A stretch of 64,000 nucleotides of DNA from Candidatus Uhrbacteria bacterium RIFCSPLOWO2_01_FULL_47_17 (GTDB lineage: Bacteria > Patescibacteriota > Patescibacteriia > UBA9934 > GWF2-40-263): contig MGEI01000005.1 in assembly GCA_001791305.1 (NCBI GenBank), positions 340,208-404,207 on the forward strand. The letters are read 5' to 3'. Shown one piece after another: positions 28,626 to 37,951 of this stretch. Position 1 is the stretch's first letter. The number at the start of each line of letters is the position of its first letter. The notes under the pieces were generated by a model. It had not been told where the DNA came from. It did not search any database and saw only the letters and a program-made list of their open reading frames with translations. Made by a program: the position numbers and the translations under genes.

Positions 28626-29417
28626 TTACCCGTTTTTTTTCTCTTGCGCCAGCGTTTCCATCTTTCCCGAAACCGACCAAAGCAGTTCGAAGATTTGTTC
28701 GATCATCTCGCGAATGGTTTTGCTTGTGATCATCACGTGCGAGCCTTCGGATTTAGTCGAGAAAATGGCGACCGTGTCGTCCCAGAAGAGGATTGAGGCT
28801 TGGAATGAGAGGTCGGCGGGAAGAAATCGAGCTTCACGTAATTCTCGAGCATGCGTTGCGGAGCTGTACTGTTTAATTTCCTGTGATCGCACACGCAAAC
28901 TTTTCAATTTAATTCCTTTTTGTACACGTCGCTTCGAATAATGGAATTTTTCTCCAATAACATCTTGAAATTCTTTTGCCGAGACAATCTCATAAACGAT
29001 TTTCGATTTTGCGTTCAAGGATTCATTGAGAATATCCGTCACACGTTCGCGCTCGAAAATCTTAATGCGAGCCTGTTCGAGCGTTTCTGTTTTGAGTGAT
29101 GCAAGGAGGGGTAAAATTCCCGCAACAGATTTGGCCTGTTCGGTCAGAAGCGTTTTGAAGACGTCTGGGTGGTGTGCTTGAAACACGCTGCGTGATTTAT
29201 TTTTTGTGACATCAACTACGCCTTTCTTTACGAGGCGCTGCATTGTGGACTGGATTGTAGTGACAGGCAGGGAGAGTTTTCGAGAAAGGGGAGTGAGTGT
29301 CGTGGAACCCATCTCGAGGAGCGCAAGGTAAACATACTCATCTTTTGGATTGAATCCAAAGCTGGTAAGAACCTCGGTGATTTCTTGTTTTTGTTTGGAA
29401 GTGAATGTGTTTGGCAT
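28626..29417 (-). CDS. TrmB-family transcriptional regulator
   Basis: VYLALLEMG wHTH, LVKKGVV, C-terminal sensor (SILFWDDTVAIFS). Confidence 0.85.
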   Translation of the reverse strand: MPNTFTSKQKQEITEVLTSFGFNPKDEYVYLALLEMGSTTLTPLSRKLSLPVTTIQSTMQRLVKKGVVDVTKNKSRSVFQAHHPDVFKTLLTEQAKSVAGILPLLASLKTETLEQARIKIFERERVTDILNESLNAKSKIVYEIVSAKEFQDVIGEKFHYSKRRVQKGIKLKSLRVRSQEIKQYSSATHARELREARFLPADLSFQASILFWDDTVAIFSTKSEGSHVMITSKTIREMIEQIFELLWSVSGKMETLAQEKKNG

Positions 29418-29611
29418 ATGAAAATACTAATTACGAAAAAAATCGTAACAAATTTTTGCATCTTCGTCAACCAATTTAGCAAAATTTTGTTGAATACAAA
29501 ATAAAACTGCGAATTTTTATCGCGTAAAGCGTTCACCTCGATTATTCTGTCGTTGTGAGTGATCGAACGCGGTCGCCCACACGGAATTGTTCCTTACAAC
29601 AGAGGTGAATC

Positions 29612-29872
29612 ATGAAAGTTTTGCGAAAGGGCCGGCCGCAAAGCGGTTGGGCTTCGGAGTTCGAGTGTACGGGCAAGGGCAATGGTGGCGGCGGGTGCCG
29701 TGCGAAGCTGCTTGTTGAGTTCTCGGATCTCTACAAGACATATCATGAGTCTTATGACGGCAGTCGTGAAACATACGTGACATTTCAATGTCCCGAATGC
29801 CATATTCAAACGGATATTGATTACCGTGGACCGGGTTACAGCCTGATTCCAGATCGTCGGAGGGTGTCGTGA
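29612..29872 (+). CDS. small zinc-ribbon protein, paralog 1
   Basis: GAGGTGA RBS; ECTG..GC..LLVEFSDL..FQCPEC. Confidence 0.72.
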   Translation: MKVLRKGRPQSGWASEFECTGKGNGGGGCRAKLLVEFSDLYKTYHESYDGSRETYVTFQCPECHIQTDIDYRGPGYSLIPDRRRVS

Positions 29873-30117
29873 AGTTGCTCAAGAAAGGCTCCAAGTTATG
29901 GAAGTCTGAATGTGTTTGTAAGGGGTGTGGCTCAAGACTCCTGGTCGAGTTTTCCGATCTGAAGCGTTTGACGTATGTCGGTGAGGATGAAGATTTTGTG
30001 AGTTGTTCCCAAACGTTTACCGAAATCTTTTTCATCTGTTCTGAATGTTCGCACAGGAATCTCATCAAGGTTGATCTGAATCCTTCGGACATTCCGCGCG
30101 TAAAAGGATCTTTATGA
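29869..30117 (+). CDS. small zinc-ribbon protein, paralog 2
   Basis: GTGA overlap; CKGC..LLVEFSDL..CSEC. Confidence 0.72.
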   Translation: MKLLKKGSKLWKSECVCKGCGSRLLVEFSDLKRLTYVGEDEDFVSCSQTFTEIFFICSECSHRNLIKVDLNPSDIPRVKGSL

Positions 30118-30551
30118 TTCTCACCGTCGACATTCTGGTCACGATCGCACAAAAAGACGTTCTTCTCATTCGCCGTGCAAAGCACCCATTCGAAGACAGA
30201 CTTGTGATGCCGGGCGGACACGTTGAAGACGGAGAAGAACTCTGTGAGGCGGCGGCGCGGGAGCTTGAAGAAGAAACACGACTGACCGTTTCTTCGAAAG
30301 ACCTCTCGCCGCTCCTCGTCCTTAATGCGATCGATCGCGATCCTCGTCCTGGCCGTCGCGTTTCCTATGTGTTCTGGATCGACCTTGTTGATCGGACATT
30401 GGTTGAGACGTGTCGCGCCGAGAGTGATGCGAGAGAGATTGTGATTCGATCAATCGATTCGCTTGTCGAGTCGGAGATCGGGTTCGATCACTGGCTCGCG
30501 CTCGAAAAAATGAAAGAGGAGATTGCGCATGAAAGTGCTCGAGTATCCTGA
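30114..30551 (+). CDS. NUDIX hydrolase
   Basis: PGGHVEDGEELCEAAARELEEET Nudix box; RDPR and GFDH. Confidence 0.92.
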   Translation: MILTVDILVTIAQKDVLLIRRAKHPFEDRLVMPGGHVEDGEELCEAAARELEEETRLTVSSKDLSPLLVLNAIDRDPRPGRRVSYVFWIDLVDRTLVETCRAESDAREIVIRSIDSLVESEIGFDHWLALEKMKEEIAHESARVS

Positions 30552-30780
30552 CATGACTTGGACAGAAGAAGTGGTATGCAAAAAATGCACTTCGCGGCTT
30601 CTCGTAGAGATACCAGACATTCTGCGTGAGAAATACCAACCTTTTCGATTCTACGCGAACTGTCCTGTCTGTCATGAATCCGTCTTCGCCGTGAAACCAC
30701 TTCCTTGGTACGTCGAGGCACACGCGCGAGGAAATCATGTTGGTTGGCCACCAGGAAAACACCCAAAACCACGAAACTAA
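30529..30780 (+). CDS. small zinc-ribbon protein, paralog 3
   Basis: GAGGAG RBS; CKKC..LLVEIPDI..CPVC. Confidence 0.7.
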   Translation: MKVLEYPDMTWTEEVVCKKCTSRLLVEIPDILREKYQPFRFYANCPVCHESVFAVKPLPWYVEAHARGNHVGWPPGKHPKPRN

Positions 30781-30859
30781 ACCCGAGAGGTTCACTCTCG
30801 GGTTCTTTTTTTTGACGGCTCATGCGCTTCATGATACAGTCGCACGTACGGAGGTTCCT

Positions 30860-31579
30860 ATGAACGCACCTTTGACGAGCGAAACGTTTCGAACAATTCT
30901 TCGAACGTTCAGTGAAGACTGTTCGTTCATGAGTCTCTCGCACATGTGGCGAAAAAAACCAGAGTTTGCCGAATTGCTTGCATGGGCTCAGAAAAATAAA
31001 CCATCGAGTCTTACGATCTTGTTTGAAGAAATCGAAGCCTGTGGATGGCAAGCACTCGATTTGATTCATGCTTTGCTTGGTGAAAAGCATGAAGTCTTGT
31101 CGGAAACGTTTAGCATGCAGAATAATTACGATCAGAAAGTTTTGCGTTTATATCGTTTCGCCATGCGACAAGGATACAACACACCAAAGATTTTTACCGC
31201 GTATAGTATTCTTCATCAGAAGTTGAAGGTTGAACGTGAAATGGAACGAGTGATTGCGGATTTGGATTATCGTCGAGCAAATCGCACGTGGAAAAATTTG
31301 GATTGGATTCGTGTGCGTAAAAAATTCATGCGCATCGCCAAAAAATACCCCGCTCGATTTTTTGACTGCGCGTTGAATCACCACTTGCTTTTGAGAGGAT
31401 TCCGTTCAGTAGAACCGGATGCGGAATTGGTTCAACTTCTTTCTGATGTGATGGCGACGATCATTCCTGCGCCACCGAAACTTGCGCGGGCAAAAACCCC
31501 CGCAGAAATCTACTACGCGTGGTTTCGACGAAACAGTCATGACGACGAAGGAAATTACACCGGCTTCACCAAGAACTGA
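30860..31579 (+). CDS. hypothetical protein
   Basis: GGAGGT RBS, 239 aa. Confidence 0.65.
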   Translation: MNAPLTSETFRTILRTFSEDCSFMSLSHMWRKKPEFAELLAWAQKNKPSSLTILFEEIEACGWQALDLIHALLGEKHEVLSETFSMQNNYDQKVLRLYRFAMRQGYNTPKIFTAYSILHQKLKVEREMERVIADLDYRRANRTWKNLDWIRVRKKFMRIAKKYPARFFDCALNHHLLLRGFRSVEPDAELVQLLSDVMATIIPAPPKLARAKTPAEIYYAWFRRNSHDDEGNYTGFTKN

Positions 31580-31629
31580 ACACATCAGTTCTTTTTTCAT
31601 TTCAAAACCTCGAGATTACCCCGAGGTTT

Positions 31630-32031
31630 TTAAATGGCGAATTTGAGGAATTTTTTGTCTGACGCGCGAATTCCTGCAATGATGTCGTGCTTCAGGTCTA
31701 AGAATTTGGCGTCCAGTCGATCTGTAAAATGTATAAACTGATCTTTGGTCGCCATTTCACAGCGAATGTCGTGGATGGTTTGATCAAATTCTGTTTTTGT
31801 AACCGCGGTTTCAACCATGAATTCAAATCGTTCTTGTATTTCACTGAATTGTTCATTTGTTTCTGATCGAAAATCATTGAATTCAGAACGAAAATCAGTC
31901 ATTTCTGATTTGATACCAGTGATCTCCGACTTCATTCCGGTCATTTCAGTTTTCATGGATTGCAAAACATCCAAAATTTGGACATTAGTTTGTTCGAGTC
32001 GATCAAGTTTTGTATTGAGGATGTTGTCCAT
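31630..32031 (-). CDS. heptad-repeat coiled-coil protein
   Basis: MKTEMTG-MKSEITG-IKSEMTD-FRSEFND 7-aa repeats. Confidence 0.7.
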   Translation of the reverse strand: MDNILNTKLDRLEQTNVQILDVLQSMKTEMTGMKSEITGIKSEMTDFRSEFNDFRSETNEQFSEIQERFEFMVETAVTKTEFDQTIHDIRCEMATKDQFIHFTDRLDAKFLDLKHDIIAGIRASDKKFLKFAI

Positions 32032-32097
32032 AAATTTTATGTCGAAATGTTTTTCTTCACCTCTTCATTTCAACAAAAAAATTTGCGTTTGTCAATG

Positions 32098-32117
32098 CCT
32101 GCCTGCCGGCAGGCAGG
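32098..32117. repeat. perfect 20-bp palindrome
   Basis: CCTGCCTGCCGGCAGGCAGG. Confidence 0.8.
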
Positions 32118-32130
32118 GATATCTTGTGGA

Positions 32131-32823
32131 TTATTTTATCGAATATCGTCTCAGCCATTCGTACATGGGACCGATCGTAAATCCGACGACACCGGCCCAT
32201 AAAATTTCTTCAAGCGGGATGCCACCAAGGATAAACTTTGAGAGGGTTTCCCATTCCCAATAGTTTGTAGCGATGTTTGGGAACAATCGAATAAAAAATA
32301 ATTGTTCGACGATGAAAATAAGGGCAGCGGTCATGAGTCCAGAAAGCAGCGCATCAACAAGAAGATCGTTTCGACTTGCAATGATGTACACGCCTATCAT
32401 TGCACCTCCAAAGAGGATGGCTTGAATCGGAGCGATTGAAAATAAAACGATTGCTCCAAGTGACAGACAGATCCAAGCGCCGAGCGCAAGAATCAGATGC
32501 GCCATCCAATGGGCGACCGGATTTTTTAAGCGCAGACGATCGCCTTTAAATGTGTGAACATGCTTTCCGAGAAGCACATGATAAATAATGGACGCGATTC
32601 CAAAAAGGGAAAAACTAAACAACAAATCTTCAATGCCAAACGTGAGCGGCTGATCGGGAACAATCGCACGATAACTTGAACCTGCAATGAGCAAAAGGGC
32701 AGGGGCGAGCACGAGTCCAACGATACTCATGATCGTTTGTTCTTTGCGTGTTTCTTTTGAGACGAATAAAAATAGGAGCCAGACAAGAAACAAAATAAGA
32801 GAAGAAAAAAAGAATGGGGTCAT
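32131..32823 (-). CDS. lycopene cyclase domain-containing membrane protein
   Basis: two repeats ending GIEDLLFSF and GIPLEEILW; multiple TM. Confidence 0.7.
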   Translation of the reverse strand: MTPFFFSSLILFLVWLLFLFVSKETRKEQTIMSIVGLVLAPALLLIAGSSYRAIVPDQPLTFGIEDLLFSFSLFGIASIIYHVLLGKHVHTFKGDRLRLKNPVAHWMAHLILALGAWICLSLGAIVLFSIAPIQAILFGGAMIGVYIIASRNDLLVDALLSGLMTAALIFIVEQLFFIRLFPNIATNYWEWETLSKFILGGIPLEEILWAGVVGFTIGPMYEWLRRYSIK

Positions 32824-32935
32824 AGATGATTATAGTATAGAGGAGATGGCGACTTTTTCCAATGTGTTTTTTAACAAAAAAACAGGACAAGAGCAAAATC
32901 TGCTTCTTCGTTGAATTACGAAGTGAGAGGGAGTC

Positions 32936-33913
32936 ATGCCGCTTGTTATGCATGTGAATCCAGAAGCATTTCCGATCACATGGGATCAGTTTTGCGAGAG
33001 CACTCCGCCATACTCCATCGCTCTTGATGGATATGTGAGCGACGTCTCTTTGTTTGATGCCTCTGCACCTCGCGCAAACTTCGATCATCACAGTTTGAAC
33101 AAGAATGATTCAACGAAACGGGATTTTCCCGGAAAACGAATCGATCGGCTCATCACGCGCGCGACGTGCGGACAGCTGCTCATCGCGATTCGGACAGGAT
33201 TGCTTCAATGTTTTCGCGATGAAAGCGGAGTGCGTGCGGAATTGTATGTGCTTGATGGAGATCAAGATGTTTGTACCTCTTGGCACCTTGTGAAACATTC
33301 TGAGCAAATCGAACGGGAATACAATCCTCGTCTCAATCGACTTGTGTCGCTTGAGGACACGCTCGATTGTTTCGGTGGTGCCTATCCACTCCCGATCGAT
33401 CTTCCGGATCTGCAAGAGCTCGCATGGGTTTTTGAACCGTATACGAATTTTCGATTGTCTGGAGGGGTTGATCGAAAGAATGGAAATGAATTTGTTTCCA
33501 TGATTCAAGAAACCGAACAGCGCATTTGTTTGTACGTGAAGGAAGAAGGATCTTCGATTCCGCTTCAGACCAAGTACGACATTATTTCCAGTGGAATTGG
33601 TTGGTACATGGTGCATGAAGAAGGAGCTCAGGCCCGTACGGCGATGGTGGCAGACGGTATTCGGGCGTTCATTTCTGTGCGAGAGCGTGGAGATGGACGT
33701 TATACATATACGGTTGCACGCACCGCTCCATTTGTTCGATTCTCTGTTCCTACCATCCTGGACGCGCTCAATGCGGCCGAAGGGTGCACGCTCGATCGTT
33801 GGGGTGGATCCGACACGATCGGTGGAAGCCCGCACGTTGCGGGGAGCAAGCTGAATCCGGAAGAAGTCAAAGACATCGTCGATCACGTCCTTTCGCTTTG
33901 CAGATATCCTTAG
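32936..33913 (+). CDS. hypothetical DHH-like hydrolase
   Basis: SIALDGYV, NFDHH, DGDQD, C-terminal WGGSDTIGGSP. Confidence 0.65.
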   Translation: MPLVMHVNPEAFPITWDQFCESTPPYSIALDGYVSDVSLFDASAPRANFDHHSLNKNDSTKRDFPGKRIDRLITRATCGQLLIAIRTGLLQCFRDESGVRAELYVLDGDQDVCTSWHLVKHSEQIEREYNPRLNRLVSLEDTLDCFGGAYPLPIDLPDLQELAWVFEPYTNFRLSGGVDRKNGNEFVSMIQETEQRICLYVKEEGSSIPLQTKYDIISSGIGWYMVHEEGAQARTAMVADGIRAFISVRERGDGRYTYTVARTAPFVRFSVPTILDALNAAEGCTLDRWGGSDTIGGSPHVAGSKLNPEEVKDIVDHVLSLCRYP

Positions 33914-33967
33914 ACCCGAACCTCGGGTCTTTTTTCTTTTTCGGTTTTCTGCTTTACTACCTTTACT

Positions 33968-34582
33968 ATGTTCACCGGAATCATCAAAGGCAAATTTCCC
34001 GTTGTTTCGATTGCGGATCGCGAAGGATTGCGATCGTTTATTGTTCAATTATCGCCTGAGCTTGTCGAAGGCCTTTCGACAGGCGCATCTGTTGCGATCG
34101 ACGGCGTTTGTTTTACGGTGACGCAGATCGATGGCACACGCGTCTCGTTCGATGCGATGGAAGAGACGTTGCGAAAAACGACGATCGGTTCGCTCAAAGA
34201 AAACGATCACGTAAACATCGAACGCTCGGCGCGCATAGGAGATGAAATTGGTGGACATGTGATGTCGGGGCATGTCTCGACCATGGCGGAGATTGTTGCG
34301 GTGAACGAAACAGAAAATAATAAAGCGGTGACGTTCAAGGTGTCACCCGAGTGGATGCGATTTATTTTCTCGAAAGGATTTATTTCTCTCGACGGTGCAT
34401 CACTCACGGTTGTCGATGCAGACAAGATAAACGGAACATTTCAAGTCTGGTTTATTCCCGAGACATTACGAATCACAAAATTTGGAGAGAAGGGAATTGG
34501 AGATCGTGTAAATCTCGAAATCGATCCACAGACGCAAGTCATCGTCGAGACCGTTGAGAATTACTTGAGACAACAGCGATAA
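33968..34582 (+). CDS. ribE: riboflavin synthase (alpha chain)
   Basis: MFTGII, GASVAIDGVCFTV, GGHVMSGHV, IPETL. Confidence 0.95.
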   Translation: MFTGIIKGKFPVVSIADREGLRSFIVQLSPELVEGLSTGASVAIDGVCFTVTQIDGTRVSFDAMEETLRKTTIGSLKENDHVNIERSARIGDEIGGHVMSGHVSTMAEIVAVNETENNKAVTFKVSPEWMRFIFSKGFISLDGASLTVVDADKINGTFQVWFIPETLRITKFGEKGIGDRVNLEIDPQTQVIVETVENYLRQQR

Positions 34583-34599
34583 AAATAAAAAAAGATCCC

Positions 34600-34643
34600 C
34601 CTTCACTCACTCTTCCACTCCATCACTCTTTCACTTTTCCCTT
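34600..34643. repeat. octamer-periodic repeat (half element)
   Basis: TCACTCACTCTTCCACTCCATCACTCTTTCACT. Confidence 0.6.
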
Positions 34644-35045
34644 ATGTCCCACCGCATCGCTCTCGTCCTCGGATCATTTCACAAAAAAGAAGCAGACGAC
34701 ATGTTGGTCGTGGCTCATGAAACAGCGCTCGAGAATCATCTCGAAATTGTCGAGATCGTTTGGGTTCCAGGTTCCATGGAAGCGCCGCTCGCACTCAAGC
34801 GCTTGCTGATGCGCGACGACATCGACGCAGCTGTCGCGCTCGGCATTATCGAGCGCGGAGAAACCAAGCACGGGCTCGTGATGGGAGAAGTTGTGTATGA
34901 CGCAATCATTCGCCTTCAACTCGAGTTCATGAAACCAATCGGCTTCGGAATTCTCGGACCGGAAATTTTGCCGGAGCAGATCGAGAAGCGTGTAAAACCG
35001 TACGCACGCGCTGCGGTTGAGGCGGCGGCGAAAATGCTTGCATAA
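34644..35045 (+). CDS. ribH: 6,7-dimethyl-8-ribityllumazine synthase
   Basis: WVPGSMEAPLA, ALGIIERGETKH, KPIGFGILG. Confidence 0.92.
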   Translation: MSHRIALVLGSFHKKEADDMLVVAHETALENHLEIVEIVWVPGSMEAPLALKRLLMRDDIDAAVALGIIERGETKHGLVMGEVVYDAIIRLQLEFMKPIGFGILGPEILPEQIEKRVKPYARAAVEAAAKMLA

Positions 35046-35153
35046 CTATTGACAAAATCACAAAAAGCCGATACGCTCGCGGAAGTTCTTTTTCGCGGGT
35101 GTTTTGTTTTCGATGGTCGAAAATGAATTACGCGCATTGTGTGTGAGGCGAAC

Positions 35154-36260
35154 ATGTCTTCTTCATATCCGAGACTCATGAGCGTTGATGGTCTGTCGAT
35201 TGGTGTCAATCTTCCGTACAGGCAGATGCATGGCGGACGGGGACTTGCCGCGTTTGCACCGCACATGGTTCACAACGTGGCAGACTTCAAGGAGTCGCCG
35301 CAAGGGTGGCCGCGCGCAGTCGGAGAAAAAGAAGCTTCGTACTTTACGGGCGTGATGGATGACCGCGAGATGTGGTTTGACTTCAAAGCCATGAATCAGC
35401 ATCCGCATTTCGTTGCGATCGCCGTGATTGTGCAGCGCGTGAATGCGGTGAGCGGTCGCAAGGCGGAGCATGTCTACCTTGAACAGTACAAGACCACGTG
35501 TCCGAATCACGACATCGCGTTTGAGTCGGAACGCTACTGCCCGGAATGCAAATTCAAGTGGCCGGCTCAGAACTACGTGACGAATGTGGTTGGAGGTGGT
35601 GAGTTCTGGCTCGACGGTTGGCGCAGCCAGGATGGCGAGATTCGTCAGTTCGTGTTTGCGGATGTCGAGGCTGGTCTCGGTGTCGCACAGCAACTGATCG
35701 GCGAGGAACGCACGGCAGACATTCGATTCGCAGTCTTCCTTTCGAAGAACCCGAAGCCGGTTTCGCCGCGTATGGATGTGTTGCGTCGAGGGATCGGGAG
35801 TCCGATCGTCACCGCACATCAGCAGCACTATGGCACTCTTGGCGGACACGATCTCGAATCGTTTGGTTCACAAACGAAGGGTGGTTTCGAAGTTCACACC
35901 ATGCTTTACAACAGTCCCGCTGTTGCCATGGGAACGCGTTCCATGGATCCCGCATCGGTGACCCTTGGTGGTGGTGAGGAGAGGGGGATCCCGTTTTGCG
36001 ACGATCTCGCAGAATCGGTCGGTACCATGCGTCGCATTGGCGCTCCGGTGAAGCAAGAGGTTTCGTTCGGTCGCGCGGTGGATCAGAAGATTCACGCGGA
36101 TCCGAACGACATCGACTTCTGGCAGTCGGAACCTGCCGCGGTCATCATGCTCACGCCCGCACCTGCGGATTGGGTGGCAACGGTCACGCGCAACGGCGCT
36201 ACCGTTGATCGCACGAAAGGCGGCATGGGTCCGCTTGCGGGAATCAAAGGCGTTGGCTAA
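35154..36260 (+). CDS. conserved-type hypothetical protein with inserted Zn finger
   Basis: QNYV..WLDGW..IRQFVF motif; CPNH..CPEC. Confidence 0.7.
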   Translation: MSSSYPRLMSVDGLSIGVNLPYRQMHGGRGLAAFAPHMVHNVADFKESPQGWPRAVGEKEASYFTGVMDDREMWFDFKAMNQHPHFVAIAVIVQRVNAVSGRKAEHVYLEQYKTTCPNHDIAFESERYCPECKFKWPAQNYVTNVVGGGEFWLDGWRSQDGEIRQFVFADVEAGLGVAQQLIGEERTADIRFAVFLSKNPKPVSPRMDVLRRGIGSPIVTAHQQHYGTLGGHDLESFGSQTKGGFEVHTMLYNSPAVAMGTRSMDPASVTLGGGEERGIPFCDDLAESVGTMRRIGAPVKQEVSFGRAVDQKIHADPNDIDFWQSEPAAVIMLTPAPADWVATVTRNGATVDRTKGGMGPLAGIKGVG

Positions 36261-36302
36261 GACACGACTTCTTGAAAGCTGAAAGGCTTTCTTTTTTTGT
36301 TC

Positions 36303-36340
36303 TTGACAATTCTGTAGTATGTGTACATACTACACTATGT
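36303..36340 (+). promoter_or_regulatory. promoter with palindromic operator, copy 1
   Basis: TTGACA..AGTATGTGTA-CATA-CTACACTATGT (GTGTA-N5-TACAC). Confidence 0.6.
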
Positions 36341-36513
36341 GACAGGTGTTGCCTGGAAAATAGACAAGAAACCCTTGACGAATTCCAAATACGCGGCTAG
36401 TCTGCTGTATTGGTGAGCGGCTTTTAGGAGATTCACTCGAGTCTCTTGAAAGCCGTTCGTCAACAAACGCTGTGTTTGCCTCGTCGTTCGGTGTTTCAGC
36501 TAGGAGAAGTTCC

Positions 36514-37773
36514 ATGGCAAAGCCCAAGGCGCCCGTCGCCCCCGAAGTCGCTGTTTCCGGCGAAATCCCCGCTCCCGCAAGTGCGAAGTGGACCGACAAG
36601 GTCAAGGCGTTCGCCGAGACCTGCGAACTCGAAGCAGCGGATGTCGAAGCGAAGTTCGTCGGTCTCGTCGGAAAAGCGTCCGACAAGGCCGCGGATCGTC
36701 TCGGTAACGAGAAGTTGTCGCCCTACGAAGATCTGAGCGCGCTGTTCCCCGATGTCCCGAAGGCTGTGCTGCGTGAAGCAGTGAACGGTCTGCGTGACAT
36801 CCAGGTGACGGCGGCTCCGGTTGCAACCCATGAGGGTGCCAGTGATGGTGCGGAAGAAGCTCCGTTCGTTTCTCTGCTCCCCACGGTTCCTGACGATACC
36901 AATCTGCTCGCCTCCCTCGGAACGTTCCAGGGTGCGCAGATCGATCCGATCGACGTGATTGCGGCCATGCGCGTGAAGCTCATGCAGCAGTTGTCTCTTT
37001 CGGACATCGAGTCGCGTATCGCCGACGCCATCGAAGAGCGTGCGGTCAACGCGGGCGAACAGTGCCCGCCGATCTGGGATGAAATCGAGATGCAACGCAA
37101 GCGGTTTGCGCATGCGGAAGTCCTGAAGGCGCTCGGCAAGCCGGGCGATCTCATCTCGGCAGCTCGCAAGAAAGAATTGCTCGCTCGCGTGAGCGACATC
37201 TTCGAACGTGTGCATGACTACAAGCTCGTGCTCGACGCCTACCGTGAAGAGTACGATCGTCGTACCAACAATCCTGCGCACATGATGACAGCGATCACGC
37301 AAGCGCTCGGTCGTGCGAGCTCGGGTCGTGGTCGGCGTTTGAGCGAAGCTCCGAGCCCCAACAACGTGGTGGCGGCAACGGAAGCACTCATCCAGTCTTT
37401 CAACGCGATGTTTGCTGGTAATGGCCGCGCGGTTGCGCGTGGCATGGCTGCAGACGCGATCGCGACGAAGGCCATCCTCGATCGTACGGATTTGCCCGCC
37501 GCGCTCGGTGCGGCGAGTCGAGTTCAGATGATCAAGGATCTCAAGCTCGGTGTCGAATCGGATCTCATCAATGCCGAGAAGGACATCCAGCAGTTCATTT
37601 TGGGCGCGATGCAGCTCCTGCAGGTTCCGACGAACCAGTTGCCGGACTACATCGTTGACCTGAGCGAACTCGGCTGCGTCATCCCGTGGCCTCGCCTCGG
37701 TGTTCGCGGTACGGTTCCCGGCAACGGCGCCGCTCGTCCGCTTCCCGGCGCTGGCAATCGCTCTTTCGGCTAG
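36514..37773 (+). CDS. hypothetical helical protein (419 aa)
   Basis: AGGAG RBS, long GC-biased ORF. Confidence 0.75.
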   Translation: MAKPKAPVAPEVAVSGEIPAPASAKWTDKVKAFAETCELEAADVEAKFVGLVGKASDKAADRLGNEKLSPYEDLSALFPDVPKAVLREAVNGLRDIQVTAAPVATHEGASDGAEEAPFVSLLPTVPDDTNLLASLGTFQGAQIDPIDVIAAMRVKLMQQLSLSDIESRIADAIEERAVNAGEQCPPIWDEIEMQRKRFAHAEVLKALGKPGDLISAARKKELLARVSDIFERVHDYKLVLDAYREEYDRRTNNPAHMMTAITQALGRASSGRGRRLSEAPSPNNVVAATEALIQSFNAMFAGNGRAVARGMAADAIATKAILDRTDLPAALGAASRVQMIKDLKLGVESDLINAEKDIQQFILGAMQLLQVPTNQLPDYIVDLSELGCVIPWPRLGVRGTVPGNGAARPLPGAGNRSFG

Positions 37774-37823
37774 TCCGAACTTTCCGTCTCAGAACGTCCC
37801 AAAAAGACGTTCTTTTTTATTAC

Positions 37824-37861
37824 TTGACAGTTTGTAAGTATGTGTATAATCTACACTATGT
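37824..37861 (+). promoter_or_regulatory. promoter with palindromic operator, copy 2
   Basis: TTGACA..AGTATGTGTA-TAAT-CTACACTATGT. Confidence 0.62.
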
Positions 37862-37951
37862 AAGACAGATCGCTCAGGAATCATTGACTCCTGACGCATT
37901 TTGTCTTACTGTTCGCCCTCGTTCTTTCAAAACGAGAAGGAGATCCTGAAC

